A DNA stretch of 64,000 nt from an uncultured Alphaproteobacteria bacterium (GCA_944389345.1 CALXMA010000001.1:69117-133116); one strand, 5' to 3'. Counted from the first letter of the stretch, positions 18,167 to 27,636 are shown. Translations and numbers: made by a program. The notes: generated by a model from the letters alone, not told the origin.

Positions 18167-20819
18167 CTCTGCTATCCCTATAAACTCTAGAAGTTTCCGA
18201 GTTTTTTAATAATTCTTTTTGTTGTGCTTCGTCACATTTATCTAACAAGTATAAAACTATAAAAATATCGTGTCCTTTTGGGCATCTCCACATATTGCTA
18301 TCTTTATGGCAAATATTTTCTAATAATTTAGTTTTGTATTGTTTGGTTGGTTTTTCTTTTTCACCTTGATTACAGAAACTATAATGTGAAGTGCCCCACA
18401 ACAAACCCAGCTCTGATATTTTATAGCTAGCAGCTGTTTGCAAGATATTATCGAAAACACTCCATTTTGCCGTTGACAAAGTGGGTCTCTTGTAAGAACT
18501 AATTTGAGATATTAAAGTTTTTATTCCTAGTTTTTCTATAATGTACTCCCAGACAGGGATAATTTGTAATTTAAGATTTTTATTTTCGTATATATCATCA
18601 AAGAGAAAAATGTATCCTGACAAATCCATTAATTCTGCAAAAAACATTTCAATTTTCGCAGAATACCAATTCATATTATTATGAATAAATACTACTGGCT
18701 TACCAGATTTAACTAGATTAACTACATCTTCACCTATATCTTGCATTTGTGCTTCAACTACATGAACCATTGTACGTAATAAATCGCCCACAATATCATC
18801 ATTCTCTGTTTTCTCTTCAAAAATTATATTCAATAATTCTTTATGCAATATTATATAAACAAACCCCAAATGATCTGGAGTTTTCCCATCTGTAGGCCTT
18901 ATATATGGTGATATTTTTATAACTAGTCTAAGTAGCTGATTTTTTATAGCATCTAATTGATTTTGCAATAATACAAAACTTTTATCATTTTTGAATGCTT
19001 TTTTGCTTGTCTCTAATGCGTTATGAAGCTTATGGTAAAATTCGTATACTCTATTGAATATCACTACAGATATGTCGGGATTATTCTTTATAAATTCATC
19101 TTCCGAATAGTCACATATGATTTTAGACACACGAGAGATTATGTCTTGATACCATTGTTTTGTGAACTCTAAGCTATTTTCAATTAACAAGTTTCTTATA
19201 TGCCAATTGGGGGTTTTTATGTTTCCTTCAACTTTGCTTTCAAACCACAATCGATTATGTAAATCTTCCATAACTTTTTTGAGAGAATTAGGCAAATTCA
19301 TAGAATTATGAATAAACCCGCGTTTCATAATCTTTTTTATAGTAATTTTCTCAATTCCTTGTTTAATATTTGTATTAAAAGAAAGCGCTAAATCAACATA
19401 AATTGATACATAGGCATCAGCAATATATGTATAAAATTTATCTGAAGAGTTACTTACAAAGTTGACCGAAAAAGGATTATATATTTTGTCTAGAATAAAG
19501 ACAACTTCATCTGTTTTGCTTTTCGCATTTAACCATTTTACATACTGACCGACCTGTAGTATTACACTGTAGTATAATTTGTATTTTCCTTTCTCAAATA
19601 ATTTTTTTAAACAACGATTTATAATCTGAATAAAGCGTTCTTCTACCCACATAGTGTCATGAACAGTAGCTGGGATGAATCCTGTTCCGGTTTTTTGCGA
19701 TAAGTCAATATCACTAAAACTAGCCGATGTATATTTTTTAAATTGATAGGTTTGCGGGAACCAATAACTGTTTGTTGGTATTTTTGATTTTATAGCAATA
19801 TAATTGGACATTGATACAAACGCTTGGTTAATTATATCAATAACAACATTTGTTTGTAGCAAATCCTGATTAAGAGCAAACTCAACAATATTATCATACG
19901 TATTAAACGTATCATTTGTGATTTTGCATAAATGGTTCTGAAAATTAGCATCATATTTATATAATGATGAATTTGTGGCTAGATTTATATTTTTTTGAAT
20001 ACTTGGATATATATATTGAGAAATAAGGTTTGCGGGATTAAAAAATAAAAATATATATGAAGCCAACTCCCAAAATGATACAAGTGATGTAAAGCTAAAT
20101 ATAGCGACAAGGTAGAAATTCCATATACTCAGTTTTATACCCTGAACCATCATAAATATAGAGACTAATAAAATTGCCATCAATACAATTATGGATTTTA
20201 CATATATATTGGATAGACGTATTGAAGTTAACAGCTTACCAATTTCTCCGTTAACCTTCGCATAAATGGTTTGAGCAATAATTGATGCCGCTGCAAAGTA
20301 CAAACCAAGAAATGTTCCTATAATTCCTGCAAGACTAACGTACAAATCAAATAACTTTTTCTGATTGGGAGAATTAATCAACTCGCGCGCAAGAGTCACT
20401 AGCCCAAATTTGATAGTTCCTTGATAATCTAAAAGGAAAATTCCAAAACAAACTACGAAGGCGAAAAGACTGAGTTTCCAATGCCTCAAAAATATTTCTT
20501 TAAAATATAAAACGGCATCACCCTTAGCATCCTTGATACATCTTGCTAAACTAAAGAAAAATCGTTTTATTCGAAAGATGGGATATATATAAAAGCATTT
20601 TCTTACCTTTAAAAACTTTACAGAAGTCATAAGTTTAAAACGAATAGTACTTGGCGCACAATAATAACCAAAAGCTTTAATTTTATAAAGAAAAATACGA
20701 AAAAAATCTTTGAAGCTTTCATACGAAAAAGCCAAACCTTCATAGAAACATGTAAAAAATTGACATACCTTTACTTTTAACTTCGCTCTAAAAGATTTTT
20801 TCTTTACGACCTTTACCAT
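18150..20819 (-). CDS. Hypothetical large membrane protein (889 aa): N-terminal multi-TM block plus ~600-aa soluble helical domain
   Basis: Uninterrupted 2.7-kb ORF in 28-30% GC DNA. Hydrophobic helices include LSLFAFVVCFGIFLL, LYVSLAGIIGTFLGLYFAAASIIAQ, IIVLMAILLVSIFMMV and FYLVAIFSFTSLVSFWELASYIFLFF. No catalytic motif recognised. Confidence 0.75.
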   Translation of the reverse strand: MVKVVKKKSFRAKLKVKVCQFFTCFYEGLAFSYESFKDFFRIFLYKIKAFGYYCAPSTIRFKLMTSVKFLKVRKCFYIYPIFRIKRFFFSLARCIKDAKGDAVLYFKEIFLRHWKLSLFAFVVCFGIFLLDYQGTIKFGLVTLARELINSPNQKKLFDLYVSLAGIIGTFLGLYFAAASIIAQTIYAKVNGEIGKLLTSIRLSNIYVKSIIVLMAILLVSIFMMVQGIKLSIWNFYLVAIFSFTSLVSFWELASYIFLFFNPANLISQYIYPSIQKNINLATNSSLYKYDANFQNHLCKITNDTFNTYDNIVEFALNQDLLQTNVVIDIINQAFVSMSNYIAIKSKIPTNSYWFPQTYQFKKYTSASFSDIDLSQKTGTGFIPATVHDTMWVEERFIQIINRCLKKLFEKGKYKLYYSVILQVGQYVKWLNAKSKTDEVVFILDKIYNPFSVNFVSNSSDKFYTYIADAYVSIYVDLALSFNTNIKQGIEKITIKKIMKRGFIHNSMNLPNSLKKVMEDLHNRLWFESKVEGNIKTPNWHIRNLLIENSLEFTKQWYQDIISRVSKIICDYSEDEFIKNNPDISVVIFNRVYEFYHKLHNALETSKKAFKNDKSFVLLQNQLDAIKNQLLRLVIKISPYIRPTDGKTPDHLGFVYIILHKELLNIIFEEKTENDDIVGDLLRTMVHVVEAQMQDIGEDVVNLVKSGKPVVFIHNNMNWYSAKIEMFFAELMDLSGYIFLFDDIYENKNLKLQIIPVWEYIIEKLGIKTLISQISSYKRPTLSTAKWSVFDNILQTAASYKISELGLLWGTSHYSFCNQGEKEKPTKQYKTKLLENICHKDSNMWRCPKGHDIFIVLYLLDKCDEAQQKELLKNSETSRVYRDSRDDEAK

Positions 20820-20995
20820 GCCTTAGTTTTAGCAAAAAAACACCAAATATTCAACATATTATTCCTAATAACTAGCTTGTTTTTACTATAAATACCTTTT
20901 CCCTTATAATACAACTTGTAATACAGCCCCTAAAAAATAACAAGTTAATTCTAATATCAGCTTGAAAACCTTAAAATCTTTCTTATTTTTTAGAT

Positions 20996-21577
20996 ATGAC
21001 AGTGGGTGTTTGTAAGTTTTGCGGTCAAGAAAAAGAACTCATCGCATCACATATTATTCCAAAAGTATTATATCAATTGGAAAAGTATGGTAGCGTTGTT
21101 GATGTTGATGTCAAAAATACACGCATCAAAAAAGATCCCAAGCATCAAAATGGCGTTAAAGAAGCGTTGCTGTGTAAAGAATGCGATACTGCATTGGGGT
21201 ATTTTGACGGGTACATAAACAAAGTTCTCAATATAGAAGTTCCCAAAATAGATAAAAACAAAACATTTTATGATACTCCATGTATTTGCCTGCCAGCAGA
21301 TAAGTACAACTTGGACAGATTGCGTAGATTTTTTATCTCTCTTTTATGGCGATCATCAATATGTTCTAGGCCAATTTCTTTAGGCAAATACCAGGATATC
21401 GCTTTAAAAATATTAAAAAATGAAATTCCTGATAATACAGACCTGTTTTTACCTCTGATTTATAGACGTGTTGGTCGTGGTCACGTAAATAATATGACTG
21501 GAATTTTTGGCACCAAGTACCTAGGGAAACGTGCTTTTATATTCAGATTTCCTGGTTATGAAGTAATGATTATATAA
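20996..21577 (+). CDS. HNH-like (HNH_5-type) zinc-finger protein, possibly truncated
   Basis: N-terminus CKFCGQEKELIASHIIPK plus LCKECDTALG resembles the CxxC...H-IIP...CxxC layout of HNH_5 endonuclease-like proteins. Confidence 0.55.
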   Translation: MTVGVCKFCGQEKELIASHIIPKVLYQLEKYGSVVDVDVKNTRIKKDPKHQNGVKEALLCKECDTALGYFDGYINKVLNIEVPKIDKNKTFYDTPCICLPADKYNLDRLRRFFISLLWRSSICSRPISLGKYQDIALKILKNEIPDNTDLFLPLIYRRVGRGHVNNMTGIFGTKYLGKRAFIFRFPGYEVMII

Positions 21578-21582
21578 ATACT

Positions 21583-21861
21583 TTGCATAGCTCATCCCCA
21601 CAAACGATGGAGATACACCGCCAACAATTCTCAACTAAGGAAGCCCTTATTTTTGATATTGATTATAATACACCACTTGATTATTTACTTGTATCAAATC
21701 TATTTAAGTGTCGTGATAACACTCCGGGATTAAAGCGTCCACCAGATTATGTCCCGGGACAAATACCGCTACCTCGCCGTACCTTCGTTTTAGGTGGCGG
21801 GCTGCAAAACAATTTGCACATAAAAAGCCCGTATATAATTTTACCAAAATACGATACTTAA
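21583..21861 (+). pseudogene. ORF fragment, possibly the frameshifted C-terminal part of the HNH-like gene
   Basis: It begins 5 nt after the stop of 20996-21577 in a different frame, with a TTG start and no SD. Confidence 0.3.
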
Positions 21862-22153
21862 CCGCATTAGCAGTTTCACTGTTTTTATGTGTCTACTGAT
21901 AAAATACCAAAATACTTGTGTATAGGTTCAAAACAATTCAACCACAAACTCACCCAAATGGTAGGTGTGTGGAAAAACAGCTTTCATTAACCCCGGCAAT
22001 ATCAGAAAGCATATCATAAACTAAATAACTATTTATAAAAAATCGCCCGTTTTTTGCCAACGTCTAAAAATCGTGTTTTTTGAAAAAATGACAGAATAAA
22101 GCAACTTTACCTTGAAAATCAAAAAATATGACTTACATCATACTCATAATTAA

Positions 22154-23548
22154 ATGAATGACAAAGGCGCTAAAATGGTAAAAATTTGTGCGATAGGAAT
22201 AAATATACCAGGGCTTCCATCTCTTGATATACTTCAACCCCAATCTTTGGATGATTATGACGTAATCTTTTTTAACCCCGAACAAATAACTAGTAAATTA
22301 AGCCATGCTAAACAGCTAAACTTTGTTAACGGGAACACAACATTGAACGAACAGGAAAGTGCTAAAGCTATAACATATTTTTCACATTGGACTAGCGAAA
22401 TAGCCTTTGCTTTAGATGCTGGGAAAACAATTGTTGTAACAGCAAGTTTAAACAGTTTAATAAAATACGCCCACAGAAGCTCCCATAATACTAACACTTG
22501 GGTCACCAACGCTAGTACTCTTTATGAACCTTTCGGACTGTCCGAATTGAATACGACTTCACTGCAGGGTGAAATTGTTTCGGCTACACCTTCTTGCATA
22601 CAAAATATATTATCTCCATTAGCTAAACATCTTTCTTATTCTGTTGTCTTTAACGACATAAGGAAACTAGAAAACACACAGCCTGTTTTAACGACGACAG
22701 GAGGGCGCTGTGTGGGTTTACTAAAACTATTCAACGAAAAAAAAGGAAAAATTCTTATCATTCCAAAACCAATATTTGACTATGCCCCCTTCGACGACAC
22801 AGAAAAAGACGCACAGCTCGGGAAAATACTAACCCAGACTGCTGTTGACTTACATAAATTTGGTATCCAAGCATGTGAAGCTTTACCAGAATGGGTCAAT
22901 GACGAATTATACAAAACAGAAACAGAAAAAATGCTGGATTCACAATTGACTGATATAGACACCCAGATTCAACGTCTAAAAGATTCAAAATTGCCAATTG
23001 AACAACAAAAAGAAGAGGAAATGGTACTCAAACAGTTGCTTTTTGGCAAAGGCAAGCCACTAGAAAACGCCGTAAATACAGCATTAAATATTATAGGCAT
23101 TTCAGCAAAATCGTATCGTTTTACAAAAAAAGATTTAGAAATCGATCAACTGGCCAATGTCGGAGACCGCATATTGATTGGTGAATGTGAAGGCAAAGAT
23201 AACAAAGATATAGACAAAACAAAGATAAGCCAGTTAATAATTAACAAAGGTGAGTATTATGCGGAACCAGACGTAGACACATCCAAGCAAATAAAACTTG
23301 TTCTTTTTGGAAATCCGATGAGACTTACTGTCCCCAAAGACAGAACCTTAGATTTCACAAAAGCATGTAAAGATATCGCAAATAACAACCAGGTAGCATT
23401 AGTAAAAACAGAAGACCTGTTTTATGTTGCTAAGTACATCAAAGCCTCAGGCGATAAGAAGTTTGCAACAACTTGTTTAAATACAATTATGGACACCGAA
23501 CAAGGAATTGTTAAATTCCCAGATGTACCACGAAGCAAAAAACAATGA
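22154..23548 (+). CDS. Hypothetical protein (464 aa) with central coiled coil and C-terminal PD-(D/E)xK-like nuclease signature
   Basis: The C-terminal third reads LENAVNTALNIIGISAKSYRFTKKDLEIDQLANVGDRILIGECEGKDNKDIDKTKISQL, a D...E.K restriction-endonuclease-like pattern. A coiled coil lies around QLTDIDTQIQRLKDSKLPIEQQKEEE. Confidence 0.7.
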   Translation: MNDKGAKMVKICAIGINIPGLPSLDILQPQSLDDYDVIFFNPEQITSKLSHAKQLNFVNGNTTLNEQESAKAITYFSHWTSEIAFALDAGKTIVVTASLNSLIKYAHRSSHNTNTWVTNASTLYEPFGLSELNTTSLQGEIVSATPSCIQNILSPLAKHLSYSVVFNDIRKLENTQPVLTTTGGRCVGLLKLFNEKKGKILIIPKPIFDYAPFDDTEKDAQLGKILTQTAVDLHKFGIQACEALPEWVNDELYKTETEKMLDSQLTDIDTQIQRLKDSKLPIEQQKEEEMVLKQLLFGKGKPLENAVNTALNIIGISAKSYRFTKKDLEIDQLANVGDRILIGECEGKDNKDIDKTKISQLIINKGEYYAEPDVDTSKQIKLVLFGNPMRLTVPKDRTLDFTKACKDIANNNQVALVKTEDLFYVAKYIKASGDKKFATTCLNTIMDTEQGIVKFPDVPRSKKQ

Positions 23549-23600
23549 TTGTGCTGAATTTTATCCCCGCGTAATCATTATGTATAACAAATTATATAAA

Positions 23601-24497
23601 TTATTTTAACAACTCCTCAAACACACCTTTTTGAACCATATCGATATTTAAAATATAATCAGTTGTATTAAAAGTATCGCGTAATGGTCGCTGAGTTTTC
23701 TGCCAGCCTAAACCATCCGTTATCCATATAAACTGGTGTCCGTCTTTTGTCCACTGATGATAAATATCTGCATATTCGCCTGCGGTTGATTTTAATTTTG
23801 ATCCGCCACCGCCATAGAAATTTGTTTCTATCAGATATAGTTTATTAGGGGTATTTATAGCAAAATCAACACGCTTGGATGATTTATTCACAGTAATATT
23901 TTTACCCCATTTTTTATAAATTTTATCTGCGGTCGCTTGTGCGATATATTCATAGCCATTACGCTCACAAATATCTTTTATAAAATATTCCATCAAGTTT
24001 TCCATTGATGTGCCACTGCGGTTCTTGCGCCCATTTGAATCAAGCCCAACTTCTACCCCAAGAAAATAATCTGGGATAGATTTAATTGTACGGTCAGATA
24101 CTAAATCAAGGAAGCCACTTGCTTTCATAAATAGGACACCATCCTCTGCAGACATAGGCTTTGAAAAGTCAAAGCATTTAAGTTCAAAAGTTTTTATATC
24201 TGAAACAAGTTTGATTTTCTTTTCTCTATCAGCCAAAAGCGCCGGTATAACACCTATAATTTTTGGATATTCCTTTAATAAATCTTTTGCTGCTTTTTCA
24301 ACATCCGCCTTACCAATCAGAGTATTCAATAAGTTTAGTGCAATCTCTGCTTCGTGATAATTATTGATAACTTTTGACCAGTTAACAAAATAATCCCAAG
24401 ATTTTATACTTTCTTTTAGGCTTGAAATCAAATAACTAAAAACGTCATCTTCGTTCTTGCAACCCAAAAGTTCATCAAAAATTTTAGAATACTTCAT
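23601..24497 (-). CDS. dpnB: Type II restriction endonuclease, DpnII/MboI family (GATC)
   Basis: GVEVGLDSNGRKNRSGTSMEN, LYLIETNFYGGGGSKLKST and FIWITDGLGW match the blocks I remember from R.DpnII (GVEVGMDTNGRKNRTG..MEN, EVNFYSGSGSKL, WITDGQGW). Confidence 0.85.
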   Translation of the reverse strand: MKYSKIFDELLGCKNEDDVFSYLISSLKESIKSWDYFVNWSKVINNYHEAEIALNLLNTLIGKADVEKAAKDLLKEYPKIIGVIPALLADREKKIKLVSDIKTFELKCFDFSKPMSAEDGVLFMKASGFLDLVSDRTIKSIPDYFLGVEVGLDSNGRKNRSGTSMENLMEYFIKDICERNGYEYIAQATADKIYKKWGKNITVNKSSKRVDFAINTPNKLYLIETNFYGGGGSKLKSTAGEYADIYHQWTKDGHQFIWITDGLGWQKTQRPLRDTFNTTDYILNIDMVQKGVFEELLK

Positions 24498-25282
24498 TTT
24501 ATTCCTTTCTTTTCAAGGATATCATACAGCCTTTTTTCTGCCAATTCAACAAATTGCGCTTCCTGATCTATGCCGACAAATTTTCTGTCATACTTTAATG
24601 CCGCAACCCCAGTTGTCCCACTGCCCATAAATGGGTCTAATATTAAATCTCCTGGATTTGTACAACATAAAATTATTCTTTCCAATAAGTCCAATGGCTT
24701 TTGTGTCGGATGCTTGCCGAAAGTTTTTTCTGATTTTGACGGTGTTGGAATAGACCAAACACTTCTCATCTGACAATCGGGCTTTTTCAAAATATCTTTT
24801 GGAAATGCACCACATTTCATAGCATCGTAATTAAATATATGCTTTGCGTTCTTACTTTTTCTTGCCCAAATAAGTGTTTCATGGCTAGCAGTAAAGTATC
24901 TACAAGACATATTTGGACTGGCATTTGGTTTGTACCACGCAACATCATTTAATATATGAAAACCCAACAACTGCATCGCAAAGCCACACGAATATATACT
25001 GTGGTATGTACCACTTATCCAAATTGTGCCATTGGGTTTTAATACTCGCCGGCATGCAGAAAGCCACTTTTTATGAAACTCAAAATCAGCCATCAACCCG
25101 TGCGACTCGTCCCACTTGCCTTTATTAACTGACACAACTTGACCATTTTGGCACGTTATACCCCCATTTGACAACATATAAGGCGGATCCGCAAAAATCA
25201 TATCAAAGGTATTTTCTGGAATCTGTTCCAGACACGTTAAGCAATCTTCACAATAAAGACGGAAGGGTTTCTTTGTCATCAC
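24494..25282 (-). CDS. dpnA: DNA adenine methyltransferase, DpnA-like (beta class, DPPY)
   Basis: MIFADPPYMLSNGGI...VVSVNKGKWD...LKPNGTIWISG...SCRYFT.SHETLIWARK...GKHPTQKP..LLERII...ILDPFMGSGTTG is nearly collinear with M.DpnA as I recall it. A 4-nt overlap links it to both neighbours. Confidence 0.9.
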   Translation of the reverse strand: MMTKKPFRLYCEDCLTCLEQIPENTFDMIFADPPYMLSNGGITCQNGQVVSVNKGKWDESHGLMADFEFHKKWLSACRRVLKPNGTIWISGTYHSIYSCGFAMQLLGFHILNDVAWYKPNASPNMSCRYFTASHETLIWARKSKNAKHIFNYDAMKCGAFPKDILKKPDCQMRSVWSIPTPSKSEKTFGKHPTQKPLDLLERIILCCTNPGDLILDPFMGSGTTGVAALKYDRKFVGIDQEAQFVELAEKRLYDILEKKGIK

Positions 25283-25806
25283 TTATTGCCAATAAATGTC
25301 GCAGTACTTATAATAGAATATAAATCTCTATCTGTTAATAGCGCATCTAAAATAGATTTAAACATAAACGCATTTGGATTATTTGTTTTTTCTTGAAACA
25401 TAAGTAGCGTCATTACCGTATATATAAATTGTATATCATATGTATCAGGAAAACTTAATTTCTGAAACATCTTTATTTTATCGTAATCAATGTTATCCAT
25501 TAGTTGTTTTCGCTCTGATATAGAACTGACACCTTTTATTTCCGCCCATTGCTCTTGCATACTCTCTATAAAACTGCATGTTAGCTTATTGTTTTTTACT
25601 TTCTTCATTAACAAATCTACAGTCCAATGAATATGTTTAGGCTGTCTTATGCGGCTATGTTTTTCTTTATATGCGACCCTAAAATCAAACTCAGATAACC
25701 CGCCTTCGTATATAGCAACAAAGTATTTATTATCAATCTGTCTTGCTGCTATTGGAACACCATGTCTCTTATCTGTCATTTCTAATAAAACATCTTGTTC
25801 TGACAT
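25279..25806 (-). CDS. Hypothetical protein (175 aa) embedded in the DpnII cassette
   Basis: ORF with an SD (aaggagttttt ATG). Its stop overlaps the dpnA-like start (ATGA). No motif recognised. Confidence 0.65.
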   Translation of the reverse strand: MSEQDVLLEMTDKRHGVPIAARQIDNKYFVAIYEGGLSEFDFRVAYKEKHSRIRQPKHIHWTVDLLMKKVKNNKLTCSFIESMQEQWAEIKGVSSISERKQLMDNIDYDKIKMFQKLSFPDTYDIQFIYTVMTLLMFQEKTNNPNAFMFKSILDALLTDRDLYSIISTATFIGNK

Positions 25807-25863
25807 AAAAACTCCTTATAAAAAAGAGTCTAATATTACAGGATAATAAACACAACAAAATAT

Positions 25864-26793
25864 TTAATAGTTTGTTATTAACAACTCACGAATAGCACTA
25901 CGACCATCTGCATTTGCGTTTATCAGACGTTTTGCAAGTATTCTGTTTATATTATAGTCTTGGTATAAATCATCAAAGAATGTATCGTTTACATAATTTG
26001 TTGGGTCTGAATTACTTAACATCTGTAAAGCACCTGCTTTATCACACGCTTCAAAAACGTTCTTAAGGCGAATTTGCTCATCATCATTAAAATCCCCAAT
26101 AGCATAAGAATTAAACGAAGATGTTTTTCTAATCGGGCGATATGGTGGGTCGTAATAGATAAACGTATCTTTTTTTACATACTCTTGAACAGAACTAAAA
26201 TCTGTTTGGATGATAGTCGCAATTTGTAAAGCGTCTGATACGTTACGCAAATTTTCCGCATCTAATATTCTTGGGTTGGAGTACTTACCCATCGGAACAT
26301 TAAACATATTTTTTGAATTAACACGAAATAATCCGTTAAAACATGTTCGGTTCAAGAATATGGTCAACGCTGCACGTCTGATAAACCGCTGATTATAAAT
26401 ATTTGCATCGAGAGTTTTGTCCATGCTGTTATATTCATCACGCCTTGCGTAATAATATTCTTTTTTATCTTCTGTATGATTGTACTCTGTACTTATTTTT
26501 GTCAGTTCAACTATCAATTTTTCAACATCATATTTGATAACATTATACAGAATAACCAGCTCAGGATTGATATCGAACAAGAAGGCCTCTTTGATTGAGA
26601 ATCGATTATAAATATCGAAGAACACAGCCCCACCACCAACAAACGGTTCTATATATCTTTTTATCCCGCCCATTTTCAATTTTAAAGGCAGTTTTTCATT
26701 GATTTTATCTAATAGCTGCCCCTTGCCACCTGCCCATTTTAATACAGGTTTGCACTCAATATAATCTGCTAATTTTACCGGTAGTGGCGCCAC
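25864..26793 (-). CDS. dpnM: Dam-type N6-adenine DNA methyltransferase, DpnM-like (GATC)
   Basis: LKWAGGKGQLL, YIEPFVGGGAVFFD, FNGLFRVNSKNMFNVPMGKY, FIYYDPPY and MLSNSD are the D12-class Dam/DpnM motifs. GTG start. Confidence 0.9.
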   Translation of the reverse strand: MAPLPVKLADYIECKPVLKWAGGKGQLLDKINEKLPLKLKMGGIKRYIEPFVGGGAVFFDIYNRFSIKEAFLFDINPELVILYNVIKYDVEKLIVELTKISTEYNHTEDKKEYYYARRDEYNSMDKTLDANIYNQRFIRRAALTIFLNRTCFNGLFRVNSKNMFNVPMGKYSNPRILDAENLRNVSDALQIATIIQTDFSSVQEYVKKDTFIYYDPPYRPIRKTSSFNSYAIGDFNDDEQIRLKNVFEACDKAGALQMLSNSDPTNYVNDTFFDDLYQDYNINRILAKRLINANADGRSAIRELLITNY

Positions 26794-26913
26794 TTTTTCC
26801 TTTCCTTTACAATTTGATATTACAAAATCACAAAACCTAAATCCAGTAGTAATTTTTTACTTATATTTGTTTTTATTTGCTTTTAGTTACTAAGAAAATG
26901 TGCGCCTATATAC

Positions 26914-27209
26914 TAACTTGACTTTAAGACAATAGTAAGCGCAAATGCAGCAACTGAGTAAAAGGGTGTCGCATGAAGTATAAATCCTATGAAGATATCA
27001 AGCCAAACAATGTTTCTACCTGCAGTATGCTTTATTATTGTGCTTGTCGCATTTTGAATAAAATGGAGCATCGTATCAGACGCCGTAATGGTGGCTATCT
27101 GCCCTGTCGCGACAGAATCCTGTTGCGTCGCCTTCAACGCAAAATTACGCAACTGACTGCGGTGTATAAAAACAAATCTATTTAACTTGACTTTCTATGA
27201 AAGGTAAGC
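26914..27209 (+). repeat. Two copies of a ~27-nt promoter-like module (taacttgacttt-N9/10-gtaagc), 269 bp apart
   Basis: 26914-26940 taacttgactttaagacaatagtaagc and 27183-27209 taacttgactttctatgaaaggtaagc. The second gives TTGACT-N17-AGTAAT upstream of the 27257 gene. Confidence 0.45.
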
Positions 27210-27256
27210 AGTAATTGGGCAAACTTAAAAACATGGTAAAAACAAAGGAGTCCAAT

Positions 27257-27451
27257 ATGCCTAAATACCCTGATATAAAGGTTTATTTAACCAATCGTGA
27301 TGGTAATGCTTTCGCTATACTTGCGCGGTGTAAAAATGCCCTAACCTTAGCCGGCAAAGAAGATAAATGGTCTGAATTCTTGACCGAGGCCACCAGCGCC
27401 GATTATCCGCACTTGCTTGTCACTGTTATGAAATGGTTTGAGGTTGAATAA
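27257..27451 (+). CDS. Small phage/MGE-associated protein (64 aa)
   Basis: SD AAAGGAG before ATG 27257. MPKYPDIKVYLTNRDGNAFAILARCKNALTLAGKEDKWSEFLTEATSADYPHLLVTVMKWFEV resembles a small conserved phage protein family (GNAF.I(L/M)G...EA.SGDYD.LL). Confidence 0.6.
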   Translation: MPKYPDIKVYLTNRDGNAFAILARCKNALTLAGKEDKWSEFLTEATSADYPHLLVTVMKWFEVE

Positions 27452-27636
27452 TGCCATACAAAAATCCACCCAAAACAACCAGATTCCATATTGGTACGTC
27501 CGGCAATCCGTTCGGGCGTATGCCCGTAATTACCAATAAAGACCTGTATTACAACCTGCGTATTCTACGGGCATTGATTGATATTGCTATGCAACAGCTA
27601 CGACAAAAAGGAAACAATAATGCAACGGAAAGTTAA
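27451..27636 (+). CDS. Small protein with DUF5681-like GNP.GR motif
   Basis: Its ATG overlaps the preceding stop (TAATG). IGTSGNPFGRMP resembles the SGNP.GRP motif of DUF5681 phage/MGE proteins. Confidence 0.5.
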   Translation: MPYKNPPKTTRFHIGTSGNPFGRMPVITNKDLYYNLRILRALIDIAMQQLRQKGNNNATES

